Positions 11,150-23,613 of a DNA stretch of 64,000 nucleotides are shown in pieces; positions within the stretch are counted from its first letter, which is position 1, and every line of letters begins with the position of its first letter. The DNA is from Moniliella sp. 'wahieum'. Taxonomy: Eukaryota. Both the position numbers and the translations under genes were made by a program. Under the pieces are notes generated by a model that worked only from the letters and a program-made list of their open reading frames with translations, had not been told where the DNA came from and did no database searches. Location of the stretch: positions 558,001 through 622,000 of the forward strand of contig RSEE01000026.1 in the NCBI GenBank assembly GCA_003971905.1, read 5' to 3'.

Positions 11150-14120
11150 TCTTGTGCCTGGTTCCAAATCCGTGTCGTCCAACCTGATGGGCTGCTTGAC
11201 ATCCAACTTGCTCCAAGGGGCGACACCGGGAATCTGAACTTGCACCCCACCTTTCTTCATGGGTTGCGGGTCCAGGAAACAATCGTGTGCGAATTGTCCA
11301 GGCGTAGAACTGCACGAGGACTCGGGTTAATAGGGTACACAACAAACATACCCCATCATCGTGGGATCTGGATCTGAGGACAAACGTACTTCTCGGAACG
11401 TAGCTGAGACCAAGCAGGCCGGAAGCTACAAGCGGGATCCCCCATGTACGGCGTCCTGGTGGGCTACGGGGGCAAAATCGAGCAAGGCAAAGCACCAAAG
11501 ACTTACCAAGCTGCCCAATGCCAAGAAGCGCTCGTACAACAACCATGAGCGAGCATCGTTCAGCTCCGATTCAAGAGTCGCTTCGAATCTTGGCAACGAA
11601 CTAGGAACCAAGATTTGGTACACGGCGACCACGAAGGTCAGCATCATCATGAACAACCAGCGGAATCCCCGTAACAGAGAAGGGGATGCACCCAAGACTG
11701 GATTACGGTCAGTCTATCGATGCGCTGTGATCCGGTCTGGAAGGAAGAAGGGAAAGTACGAACGGTAGGCTGATCCGGTAAATACGAGCAAGAGGAGCAG
11801 GTCGAAGCGAGTCAAGTGGACCCAGGAAATGTAGTACGTGTCTTGGTTGCCACTGGTAGATACCAATACCTCGGTACATGGGTGAGCGGTGGTAGAATGC
11901 AACAAGCCCAAGGCCAGCATCAAGACTGGAGCAAGCACGGGTACAAACCAAGCTTGGTACGATTCCCAAACTTGGCAGGGCAAGAGAGGAGAAACGGCAA
12001 AGTTGGTCAGGGCGGTGGCCCATAGGGAGCGGCTGGCGATCCCGATGATGGGCACAGGCTCCTGGTCTGAGGCCCATTCAAAACTCTCCCGCAAGGCAGC
12101 GTAGAAAACTGTAAACTCCCGTGTGGCACAATGCCGAAGAGAATGGGGACAAGGACAGCTGTTTGTGTGGTGAATGGCGGCAGAGCGGTTGGGGACTTGG
12201 CCCTGAAGAAGATAAAGAGCAGAGGTAGCCACTGCATACAACCTGCGCGATGGAGACAATGTTAACCCAGCGCCGCAGCGTGCCAGGCGGCAGTTTGGTC
12301 TCCAGGGGTGAGGTGGCCCGTGATTGGGATGGCGGGGGTACCCGCGTACGGAGAACGAAGACAGGCCTGGACCACATGCGCCCAGCGGGATGAAGTTGGA
12401 ATGGTGGGAGGGTGGGAGGGAGTGGGCGGGGCAGGATCAATCGAGCGGTCTTCAAAGCGATGATTACGATAGGAGAGGTAGTGCTAGGGTTACGTTCATT
12501 AGGGGCGGGGGACGGATTTGCGGCTCGCAGGCTGTGCAATAAGCAAAACAAGTCTATATGCAGCCCCTGGATCTCCTCAACGTACTTCTCCATGCCCCTC
12601 CCGCCTCTGTCTGGGCATGCTTACAGAGGCCTGCTGGCTCAGCGCTCACCCATCTCTGTCTCGCGCCACCCAGAGTGTTCCCCAGACGCACTCCCATGGT
12701 ACTCACAGCATGCCAGTGTCAGTGTCGGTACCAATCATTACAACCATAGAGGAGTTGGACCAGGTGTCGCCCCCTTAGTTGAAACCTACGCCAGTTGATT
12801 AGCAGTCCACGCGCCACGTCCACTGCATTAGTTGGCCGCTCACAACGTCCGACTGGGACGAGTCTGCACCCGGACCAAATGCGAACAGACCTGGCGGCCA
12901 GAATGTGTGGGGACAACGGACACTCCAGCACGACCCCCCCTCCTTCTCCTCTTATTGCTTCCGCCTCCCCATCTCGTACCAGATGGTGGTGATGCGAGAC
13001 AGGGCGTGGGTGGGGCGCCTCGATCCTGCGGGAGTAGGCCAAAGGGTGCCCAGGGCACGCAGAAGCGGGAGGCTTAGGGGGAGAGCCAAACCATCCGATG
13101 CGAACGCTTTGATCAACACGATCACTTCCAGTGGCGATTGATGCAGTAGGCCCAAGGCCAACAACGCTTCCAATGGCGAGAGTGGGGGGACGCTTGTCCT
13201 GATCTTGTTCCTTTTCCAGCTGTTGTTGTCGTCGTTGGTAGTGGGGATGGTAGGGGAGCAAACGGAGGAGGTGGGAGTTGTGTCAAACGCAGCACCGCAC
13301 TACAAAACAGCGGCATAGAGACAATCGTGACGACAGAGTAAGGTGCCAAGACGAGGTCGATGGCATGGCTGGCCACGGAGTAAGGGGGGAGGAAGAAGGC
13401 CACTGATGGCCCTGTCCCTGCCGCTCCACCTCGTCGAGCAAGAGCGGGCAAGGGACGCATCGTGATCGGACACCTGAACGCCCAAGTGGTCCAAAGCGGC
13501 GCGAACCTCGAGCTGTTGCAACAACTTTTCCGTTCCTGTGCACCGCAACCTTTCCCCTTGCTCTTGCGCCTGGGTTGCCGGAGGGACACGCGTGCGATGG
13601 AGGTGGGAATCAACCCGATCAACGAGCCACGGAGCAACAGGGCAGGGTAAGTTCCCGGTCGCAGTCGGACCGAGCCTGCCGAGGCCGGGGGGGGGAGCCA
13701 AAGTGGGTCCAAGTGAACTGGGGGATCGGCCTGGGTGGAAGTATTAGAGGGGAGGGAAGAACCGTGATGAGAGGCGGAACAGGGAGGCGGGTTGTACTGC
13801 CCGAACGCCGTACTGCTCTTCCGTGGTGAGAGGGGTCGGTTCGGGCGGGGGTTGGACGGCGGGTGGGGCGTGCAAGCGGGGCACTGCTCGTGGGTCCAAT
13901 TGCTTCCATGCACGCAGTGAGGTTAACTGGAATGTGCATTCACCTCCAAAAGGGAGGAGATGTGTCGGGCGAGGAAGGCCCGGCACGTTGGCCCACGCAA
14001 CGGTGGCGGGGCGCTGTGGATTTGGATGTATGCGGAGGACCGTGCTGGTCTGCCAGGCTTATTGTGCGGATGGGGGACCGCAGCGGAAGGGCTTCTTTGG
14101 CTTGATTGTGTTCAGCTGCA
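11150..14120 (-). CDS. Hypothetical protein (fragmented across frames)
   Basis: Consecutive minus-strand ORF pieces with protein-like, Leu-rich helical text ('MEKYVEEIQGLHIDLFCLLHSL', 'LWATALTNFAVSPLLPCQVWESYQAWF', 'EKLLQQLEVRAALDHLG'). No family recognised; boundaries are guesses. Confidence 0.35.
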
Positions 14121-14200
14121 TGACAGGGCGTGGTGGCGGTGGTGGACTTGCATGGAGAGGTACGTTGAATGTGAGGGTGCGGCGGTCCAGCTTGGTGCGC

Positions 14201-14264
14201 GGTGGTGTTGGAGTTGGAGTTAGAGTTGGAGTTGGAGTTGGCGTTGGAGTTGGAATTGGAATTA
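14201..14264. repeat. Hexanucleotide microsatellite (GGAGTT)n, degenerate
   Basis: Read directly. Confidence 0.85.
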
Positions 14265-15097
14265 GACCAAGGAGGGTGAGGCTGAATGCCAGCTGAGCCT
14301 GAGGAACCAATGAGCCGGGGTCGTTTGTGCTCTTGCTCAGGTTGGGGCGGTGGGTCTCTTGCGCGGCAGGGGGACGGATCGTTTGGTCCAGCTGGGTGGA
14401 AGACGGAGTTTGGCCGGCATGCAGGGTCACAGTCACAGGCTAGACAGACGAGGCGTTGGACGAGGAAGGTGTGGTGGGTGTGGTGGGTGGGCCAAGGCAG
14501 AAGGCAGAATACTAAGGCATCTCAAAACACGCGTACTAAAAGGCGAATCATAATCAGGCCCACTACGGCAACGCAGGCAGGTAAGAGCATCTACGCTTCC
14601 TCCTATGTGGCTGTGGGTACGCCGCAGAGAAGCTGTGTCCCATCGCACAATAGCCAGCCCTGGCCAGCCACTAGCCGACCTCCACGTCGGTGGCTTCCGC
14701 TTCCCAGACGGCTGGGACCCTGTCTTCCCGTCCCCACCTCAAGCGAGCATCGCAAGTCCAACCATGTGCCTCCGACCCCCACCCATACACCATACACCAC
14801 GCCTCCTACTAGTCCTGCTCCTCGGGCGAGACTATCTGCGTCGGAACGATGCAACTACATTCACTAGCAGCACAACTAGCCTGGCAAGACGGTTGGTACT
14901 GCATACTTGTTCGGGGGCAAACGAGTGGGTGTGCAGCACCCACACACACCCCCATAACCAAAATTCAAAATACCATAGACAGGCCCTTGGGCACAGGGGC
15001 TACCCCCCCCCTGGCCAAGTACTTTCCGTTGGCACCCACAGATATATAAAGACGACACCACACACCACTTGCACCATCTTAGATCTTTACCTCAACC

Positions 15098-16810
15098 TCA
15101 GGCCTCACTCCTCACTCGAGTGCCTTGAGTTCCGGCAGGGCCTTGGTCAAGCCACCGTGTCAGCGAGGACTTGAGCGCGGCTGGAGCCGAAGCTGGGTCG
15201 AGCAGGGCGGCGAGCGGGTCAGAAGGGTGACGTGACCTACGGGTCAGCGTACTGTGCCACTTGGCCTGGCCAAGCGACAAGCTGTTGCCACAACAAGGAG
15301 GGCACGGGACCAAGTGAGCGAGGAAGGAGTGTGGTGCCATGCGAGATGGGTTGGGTGGACCTGGATGATGTACCCAGAGGGTACCAGGGGGAGAGAGAGG
15401 CGCCTTCGACTTGGGTCGACCCAGTATCCCGTTCGAACCACTGCGTTAGCGTCGGCCGAGAGTGCCGAAAGCCACAAGAGCGTACGAGGGGAGGGTGAGC
15501 GCCCAGGCTGCTGTACGTCCAAAGCGCGATGAAGCGGGGGCTTGTCCATGTGCCAGTCGACGCTGGTGCCACAAGAACAAGGCAAGACAAGACGAAGTCG
15601 GTGCAGCACAGCTCGTCGACCAGGACCGACCACAGGAGCTCCTGTCCGTTTCCTCTTCCTCTCGTCGGGGGCGTGGTTGGGACACACTGCTCATTGACAA
15701 GGGTGCTGAGCCAGAGAGCAAGTGAGGTGAGAGGGTAAGCAGGAAACCATACCCCCATACGACGGGAGCAAGGATCTGGTTGGCCATGGTGAAAAAGGGC
15801 GTTTGAAGTAGGTCGAGAGCCCGCACTAGCCTCGCCAGCCACACCAAGCAAAAGCCAGGTACCAATACTGAACCGGCGGGCGCTCTGTGCCACCTCGGCC
15901 CGTGACGATCCCAATGCGTGGGGCCGCTGGGCCCCAGCGCACCTATCCGGGCCACCGCTTGCCACAAGGTAAAAGCAACGCAACGTGGATGCCTACTGCC
16001 GACACGAGCGCATTGACCGGTGTATGGCGCACATGGCCGAGAGCGGCGCAGAGTGCAGCCAGCGCCAAGCCAAGGTGGTCCAAGCGTACAGTGTCGACAG
16101 TGGGAAAGCCGTGTGGGAGGTCTGGGGGCCAAAGGGTGTGGCCAGTGCTGCCTTGCCAGAAACGAAGGAGGTAGGAGATGAAGAAGCGAGCTGAGGCAGA
16201 AGCCCAGCACAGTCAACGGTTCTTCGATGCCCCTCACGGACAAAGACCCAATGGCCATGGAACTGACCATTTGTTTGCGCAGGGGGGCAAGACGTCGAGC
16301 GCTGCTTGGGCGCGCGCCTGCTTGGGCTGCGACGGTGGCGGAGCTAGCAGAGGCGGGCAAGTCGGCTTTGGCCTGGACCAGGGCATTGTGGCGGATGAGG
16401 CGGGTGCGTTGGAGCGCATCGTTGGTGAGGGTGTGGGTGCAGCGGTAGCTGTGTCCGAGAGGCAGTCCCAGTGGGTCCAGCGATGGTCCAGGGTGGCTAC
16501 GTGCCCAGCCCTTGTCGCCGCGTCCTGTCCCGTCGTCGACGCCGTCGGGGCCACAGACATCGTCGAAGCGGGACTGGACACAGAGACGGTACTCGGGGGT
16601 GAGGGCGCCGTCGCTGGGGGGGAGAGGGCAGTCGTCGAGCGGCGCGGGCAGGGCGGGCCAAGGCGGGGGAGGCCGGCGGGCACAGCATAGCGCGCGGCGT
16701 GGGGTGGGGTGGGGGCAGGGCGTGGCGTGGGCGGCGAGGGCGAGGGCGAGGGCGAGGGCGAGGGTGGCGGCGAGGACGGGCGCCAGGCGTGGCAGGGAGG
16801 AGCCACGCAT
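15098..16810 (-). CDS. Per1/PGAP3-like (CREST family) membrane protein, divergent
   Basis: Signal peptide, Cys-rich lumenal part 'YRLCV..C..YRCTHTLT', 'QMVQFHGHWVFVR.GIEEPLTV' (Per1 QFHGKWPF.R..G.QEP after frame repair), and 'MDKPPLHRALDV' (cf. DFPP...LDAH). Stop position uncertain. Confidence 0.75.
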
Positions 16811-17503
16811 GGGGCGTTTGGGCGCAGAGAAGAGGGCGGGGGGGGTGGTGGCGGAGGCAGCAGACGTGAGAAGCTGTGTCTGGGGGCGGGGGGGGGATGG
16901 AGGGTGATGAACGCTGGGGTGAACTTCAACTCAACGGTGAGGATGAGCGCGGCGCTCCCATGGGCGCAGCGCAGGCAAACGCAAAGCAAAAGCAAAAGCA
17001 ACAGCAAAAGCAACAAGCGACTGCCGATGGTTTGCAATCAGGCACTGCGCCTGCGCTATCACGCATGCGCATGCGCCATCGATCACCGATCGTCTGCGCC
17101 GGCAACGCGGCGGAGCGCCGCGGAGGGTTCGCCTGGAGCCGACACTGGCGCCGCGCCTGGGCGGAGCGTCTCGGGCGCGGATCGATTCCATATTCACTCA
17201 ATATTCACCCGTCAATATTCACCACCGTCAATTTCACCGTTGTGGTGAATCCAGCATCCCAGCCTCCCAGCTGCGTCGCTCTGCCGCGTCGCTCCAATTC
17301 TTAATTCTCCCTCTCACTCGACACAGCCACTCCACCACGCCAGTAGTCACTAGTCACGTGCTCCTCGTCACAGCCACGTCACTCGTCACGCGTCACTCCA
17401 TCCCCACTCCATCCCACCACCCACATCACCTGTGCCACATGTGATGTCCCCATCACCCGCCCCCACGTCCAGGTGTTGCTAGCTCAACTGAGTTACTGCG
17501 TAT

Positions 17504-20500
17504 TTACCCCACCATCGCCTCGTCCGCCTCGCCATCCAAGCTGGCTTCTGGGTCCGACTCGGCCCACTCGTCCTCCGCCCGCGCCTCGCCATCGCCCACG
17601 CCCACCCCCACACCCACGCCCACTTCATCCGGCAACACCCGCACGCCGCGTGGCCAGGCCAACGGGTCCGCCGGGGAGACGCTCAAGCTCAAGCTGAGGC
17701 TAGGCAAGTCTGCGCGGTCCAAGGCCGTACTGCCAGTACGCGCAGCGACCTGGATAGCCTTGCGTACACCTTCGCCCATAGCTTTGATGGTACGGACGGA
17801 ACGTGGGTCCAAGTCTGCCGCCACAGCAAAGGTGGTGTGCAATCGCACGTTCGTACCCCGAGTTGCGCACGTACGCTGGTTCGCCTACAGCTTTAGTTCG
17901 GCCTGTTGCGCCTGCTGCGCCTGAGCCCCCGCGGCACCGCCTGCGGCGAGGTGACGACGCACGAAGCCCGCTGCATCGAGGCTGGCAATCGCCTCTGCGC
18001 GGGTCGCGTCGCCGCCTTCCTCTTCCCCAGAGGGCGGTTCGAGCGGGGCAAAGTGACCCCCCGCCAGGCCCATGTAGGACTTGGCAAGTAAGATGTGTAC
18101 GCGAGCTTCGTGTGGGACGAGGGTGCAGGCGCGTAAAAAGTCTTCGTGCGCTTCGCGGACCTGGCCTAGGTCCAATAACAGTTCCCCCCTCTTGAGCAGG
18201 GTCATGGCCATGCTCGGGTCGAGGGATAAGGCTCGGTTGTAAAACCGGATTGCGGTCAACTTGTCTTCGCCCATCTCGCGTACCCAGCCACACAAGTCCC
18301 ACAGCACAGGATTTTGACCATTGATCTCGACGGCTTGGGTGTAGTGGAACTCGGCATAGGCATAGTGACCTTCGAGCAAACTAATTTGTCCGAGACCAGA
18401 CCAGGCATTCCAATGTAACCGATCGCATCGATCGCCGCACGAAAGAAAGCTTTAGCATATCACGTTGGCCCAGCTCCAACGCTTCGTACCCAGCCAACGT
18501 GTACGCATACGCATACCCAGGCGCTACGTTGATTGCCCGACGAAAGAAGCGGAGCGCAATCCCATGTTCGCGCTGCAGGCTAAACGTGTTGCCTGCCACG
18601 ACATTGGCCATCGCACTGGCCTTATCGAGCACAGGCACTCTTGCGCCAGCGCAGCCAGGGCCACTTCGCGGTGCAAGTGGAAGAGCGTAAGGGAATACAA
18701 GTCCATCCCAGCCAAGATGGTAGGATCAACACGACGAGCGCGGGCAAAGTGGCGTTCAGCTTGGGCGTACCGGGCCAAATCATGATTCGCCCTTCCCAAC
18801 AAGACCTGGACCGGAGCCAAGCCCACCACACGCGAATCTAGCACTTTGAACAACCAGCTGTTCTGCCGATTCACCTTGGTCCCGCACTTGGTCCAGCGTC
18901 ACTCCCATATCCTCGTTTGACGATCGCAACAGCCACACCGCCCGACGCGCATGGTACATCCGCACACTGCGATACGCCTCGCCCAAACTCATCAGCAAAT
19001 CCACCACAGCTCGATCCATCGCGTCCACCGCTTAGCTTCCACCACCGCTTGTCGCAGTGCGCGCGAAAGATCCTCCTTGAGATGGAGCACGCTTCGTACC
19101 GGGCCTGAGCGAGCGCAGCGTGGACCCCCCGCATCCCCATCTGCTGGTACGGGGGCAGGGGGCGCAGGGTGTCGGCTGCGCGTGGCAACGCGGTGCGTGA
19201 CCGTGGTCGAAGCAGGGCGAGAACGAGGAGCAGAAGAGATGGAAGCGGTAGACGCGACCGAGGTGGGACGTGGACGTAACGAAGCACGAGTGGAGGTGGG
19301 TGGGGCAGGAGCGGGAGCTGTGGTGGTACGTGATCGAGTGGGGAGAGTGGACGATGTAGTGGAGGCAGGCGGGTGGTGAGCAGAAGAGGTACCGGAACGG
19401 GCGGTACTGCTAAGGATCCGGGTGCTTCGTCGAACTGTACTAGTTTCCGACTCGGTATCCCCTCCCTTACCGCTACCACCAACGGAGCTAGGTGCGTGAG
19501 CGCCGCGCGCATGTCCGTGTGCGGCGCAGAGGCCGCGCCACGAGCCGTATTCATCCGCGTGGTCGTCCTGCATCGTCGTTACCCGGGGCGAGGGCCGAGG
19601 AACGGGTGCGCTTGCTCGTGGCTGTCGCATTAGGAACGCCCGTCACGCGCGAACCAGGGCGTTGGAACGTAGTGCCACTGGTAGAACGAGCCGAGGCCGT
19701 GGCGGCCGACGCGCGAAGGGGCGCCCGAGCAGTTCCCGGTGCACTAGAGGGTGAATTCCAAATCCAAAAGTCAATACGCCGGAACGGGGCTGGGGGGGAG
19801 GGTGGGGGGGGGGGGGTTAAAAGGAAAGCAGGTTTTTGACGTACCTCGTGGTCGAGGCGGCGCGGCCAGCCGCGGCTGTTGTTGTGGTCGGTTTCGCCCG
19901 TGCAGAGGGTGCTCGAGGCCCAGCGGAAGGAGCAGCCATACTCTCCTTCTCAAGCTGAGCCAACTCGTTCTCTAAGGCAACCATTTCCCCATGGCGGGTC
20001 TCGAGGTTGGCGGGTAAAAAGTCAGCGATGCGATGGCCAGAGGGAACAACGAGAGGTCCAAAACGTGAGCTGCAGTCAGGCCCTGTTCCTCGGCCACCTC
20101 ATCATCGGGGATGGGAACTTGGGACAATGTCGAGGAACCACCTGCATCACAATATCCCACCCACGCGCTCCAACACCAACGGTCATGATGTTCCAGCACG
20201 GAGCGATAGGCAAACGACGCGTCGCTTTGCCGATTGCCCGCCAACGCCAGTGAGGCTGCCTGGCACAACCGTTGGGCGTCTTTGGGCGACGCACGGCTGC
20301 CTGGAGGCAAGGGAGGGGTACGGGCTTGGCATGTGCAGAAGACGGTCCAGAGACGGGCGCTTGGGCTTGCAAGGTCCATGCCAGTGCCTCTTCGCCGTCA
20401 CGGAAGCGGCCTAGGCGGCGACACGCTTCGGCATATACAGAGGCAGACTCGGGGTCGCGAAAGGTGGCTGGTCCACCGTGCTCAAGGACGTAGAGCGCCG

Positions 20501-20923
20501 CCTGTGCTGCCTGATCGGTACTCTCCGAGGACAGGGGGGGAGGGCAGTGAGAGCAGCAGGTGGGCGGGAGGGTGCGGGCGCAAAGGCGGAAGCGGCGACG
20601 GCAGCAGACGCCACGGCGCCTGCGGTCGTCGATGGGCGAAAGGGGAAGAGGTGGGCAGCGTCACCGCCATAGAGTGTGGCGTGTGCGAGGATGCGGCGGG
20701 CAGGGACGTGGGTGGGGTCGAGGGCGAGGGCAAGCGTCGCATACAGCGCAGCCGACAGGTGGTCGGGTGTGCCGGCCGGCGGGGTGGCATAGGCGGAGGC
20801 CAGCTGGGCGAGGCGGGCGACGAGGCTGGGCTCGTCGAGTTCGACGTCGAGCGTCTCGAGGAGGGGCACGATGGGGCGGCAGGCGGACAGGACCCAGGCG
20901 GGGACAGCGTCCAGGCCACTCAT
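17504..20923 (-). CDS. CDC27: Anaphase-promoting complex subunit 3 (Cdc27/Nuc2/BimA), TPR protein
   Basis: 'LGRANHDLARYAQAERHF..ARR.DP...GMDLYSLTLFHLHREVAL', 'AGNTFSLQREH..ALRFFRRA....PGYAYAYTLAGYE', 'YAEFHYTQAVEIN..N.VL'; long disordered central linker. Confidence 0.92.
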
Positions 20924-21090
20924 TCTCCTCGTGCGCGCGAAACGCTGATGGTGGTGGTCGTTGCTGGGACCGCGATCGCCGCCCCAAACATTGCCGCGTG
21001 TCGGGCACCGTGACCGGGGGCGCTTACGTCAGGCACTCGGGTATTGCCACACTGGCCGTCCGAGGCACGTGCTTTTGCGCACCAAAAATG

Positions 21091-21185
21091 CGACAATGAC
21101 AGGATTCGAACCTGTGCAGGCAGAGCCTAATTGATGGTTAGACACGCGTTCTAATCAATCCCCTTAACCGCTCGGGCACATTGCC
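21091..21185 (-). tRNA. tRNA-Ser(AGA) with 13-nt intron
   Basis: Reverse complement GGCAATGTGCCCGAGCGGTTAAGGGGATTGATTAGAA[cgcgtgtctaacc]ATCAATTAGGCTCTGCCTGCACAGGTTCGAATCCTGTCATTGTCG. Acceptor stem GGCAATG/CATTGTC, anticodon stem ATTGA/TCAAT, long variable arm, TTCGAAT T-loop, T5 Pol III terminator just downstream. Intron 21136-21148. Confidence 0.95.
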
Positions 21186-21260
21186 TGTATGGTCCGCCGT
21201 TGGCTGTGGGTTGCTGGACATGGCTCCATTCCTCGATCGATAATCGATAACGGCGCATCC

Positions 21261-23613
21261 ATGACATCACCGGCATCACCGCCAGCTGAATTCCGCCGGG
21301 AGGGCGTGAGCGCGTCTGATTGGGCCGCTGGGCTGCTCGCATCGACACGACACACGTCTACCTCCTCCTGCCACACTCACCCACAGCAGCTCGTCCAGGC
21401 CGCCTTCCATCGACACGCGCTGCCGCCATGGGCTGTCGGGGTGCACGACCACACCAGCGTCCCGGCCGCCCCCACCGGTCCGGGCGCCGCAGCCGGCTCT
21501 CCACCCGCAGCCGACGCCACCGCCCGGCAAGCTGCCCTCCGCGAGCGGCGCGCCGCCCTTCTGGGCCGCATCATCCCCGTCACCGTGGTCGTTGCCTACC
21601 TGTGGGTGTACGCCATCTTTGTTGCCCGTCTCGCCTACCCGCTCCTCCACCCCCGTGCCCCGCACTGCTACCATCATCACGCACCCGTCCGCGGCCACGT
21701 TGGGTGTGCTCGCCATCGCGCTGCTGGCATTGTGCTCCTGGTCCTCTTCCATCTCACCTGGGTCCCCACCATGCTCTCGTACGCGTCCTTGCTCTTCCGC
21801 CTCCCTGGTCCAAGGTACACGCCGCGTCCTTCGTCCCATACAGACGAAAAGGGACCAGTGCCCCCCCGCAACCGACACCAGCCGCTGGGTTCAGCGTTAC
21901 CCCGGCCCACGCGGGCTTCCTCCCATCTTTCTCCGACGTTGGGGGGCGAAGCAACTGATGTGGCCATGAAACAAATCACGCTCGAATCTCCTCTTGCTTC
22001 CCCCTCTGCCGTGTCGCACGTGCACTCTCCTTCTTCGGCCGAAGCATCTCATCCCATGGCTCCTGATTGGCCCCAGTCCAACTTGGACGCGCATGCCGCG
22101 CCTGCTCAGGCTGCCACCTCGCATCGTCCTTCATCTTCTCACTTGCGTCGGTCCAACGATACATGGGAACACGCATCACAAGACAATACGTCCCTGCTGC
22201 CTGTAGCGCCCTCGGTGTCGAGCCAGCACAGTGCCCGCTCGTCCCTCGAGCATCCTCTTGACGATCCCCCTTCCCACACTCGATCCCCTACTCACCTACC
22301 TTCTTCATCCCACGAGCCTCTTTCTCTCAGCCAAGCACTGGCTATCGCCGCTCCTCCTCTCGGCCCCTGCCCGCCCCTCTCCTGACAACAGCCCCATTCC
22401 CAATCCGGATTTTGTCCGGCTTCCTCCGGACTTTGGCCCGGCGCCTGTGCCTGTGGCTGCGGCTCCTGGCCCTGCCGCGAGGTCTACTGAAGAGACGGCG
22501 AGCCCAACCGACGATGGTCGAGCGGCTGCGCCTCTGCCGCGTCCAGCTGCCGTGGTGGGCAACTGGCCCTTGTCCGAGGGAGAATTATGGTGTGAGGCAT
22601 GCCACGCTGAGCGTCCCGCGCGTGCGCACCACTGTCGTCGATGCGGGCGCTGCGTGGAGCGGATGGACCACCATTGTGTGTGGATCAACAATTGTGTGGG
22701 ACAAGGCAACCATCGTCTGTTTTGGACGTTTCTGCTGTGGACGTCGGTACTGGAAGGGTTGGTGTTTGGGTCGGCGATTTGGTCCTTAGCCAAGGTCCGA
22801 CTGGATGGACTGGTGATCAGTCTGCTTCCCTTGAGCTTTTGGTTCTTCGTGTTTACCTCTACGTTGGGTGGTATGCACACTTACCTCCTCACGCATGGTA
22901 TGACGACAATGGAGCAGATGCGCATGACCCAACGCAAGAAAGATTCGGCGGTGCGGATCAAGATCTACCTTGGACCGACGGGTGCTGCCGGGGTGGTACG
23001 TCGAGCCATCCAACAGACCGCTATGGAGGGTACCTTGCCCGTCCCGCCGCGACGACCCGAGGAGGTGGTGGGGTGGGATCAGCCGGCTGGGGTGGAAACC
23101 AGTCCTGCTACCTGGACCAATGAGACCAAGTTAGCTGGTTGGGCAGCTGTTGCTCCCTATGCCGAAGTGGCGCTGCAGCAAGCCCTGGACCTTGGTTCCT
23201 CCCCGCTCTGGTGGAGGAAAGTGCGAGGCGGATGCTTGGCGCGGACCTGGGCGCGAAACGAGATCAAACAACTGCGCTCTGCGTGGGAATGGGAATGGGG
23301 GGAGAGCAGTACGGTAGGCAATGTATGGTGGGTGGATCCAAGTGTGCCTGCTACCGTATCTCCTCCCGCGGCTTCGATCAGTGCGCCGATCGGCAAAGTT
23401 GCTGCTCCTATTGGTCATGCTCGTCCGCACGGACCCAAGGTATGGTGGGCCAACGCCCGCCCTGTAGTAGGGTCATGGTACACGCTCTGGATTCCCTTGG
23501 GTATCCCGCGATCGCCTAACCAGCCTGACGCTCTGGCCGGACTCAATCCGCGCTTCAACCCAGCCCAAGGGCAAGCGCGACCGCGATGGGCTTGGCCCAA
23601 GGAGCTGCAGTGA
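21261..23613 (+). CDS. DHHC-type protein S-palmitoyltransferase
   Basis: 'WCEACHAERPARAHHCRRCGRCVERMDHHCVWINNCVG..NHRLF', two TM helices before and two after, and TTxE motif 'MTTMEQM'. Frameshift near 22380. Start could be 21189, 21261 or later. Confidence 0.92.
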
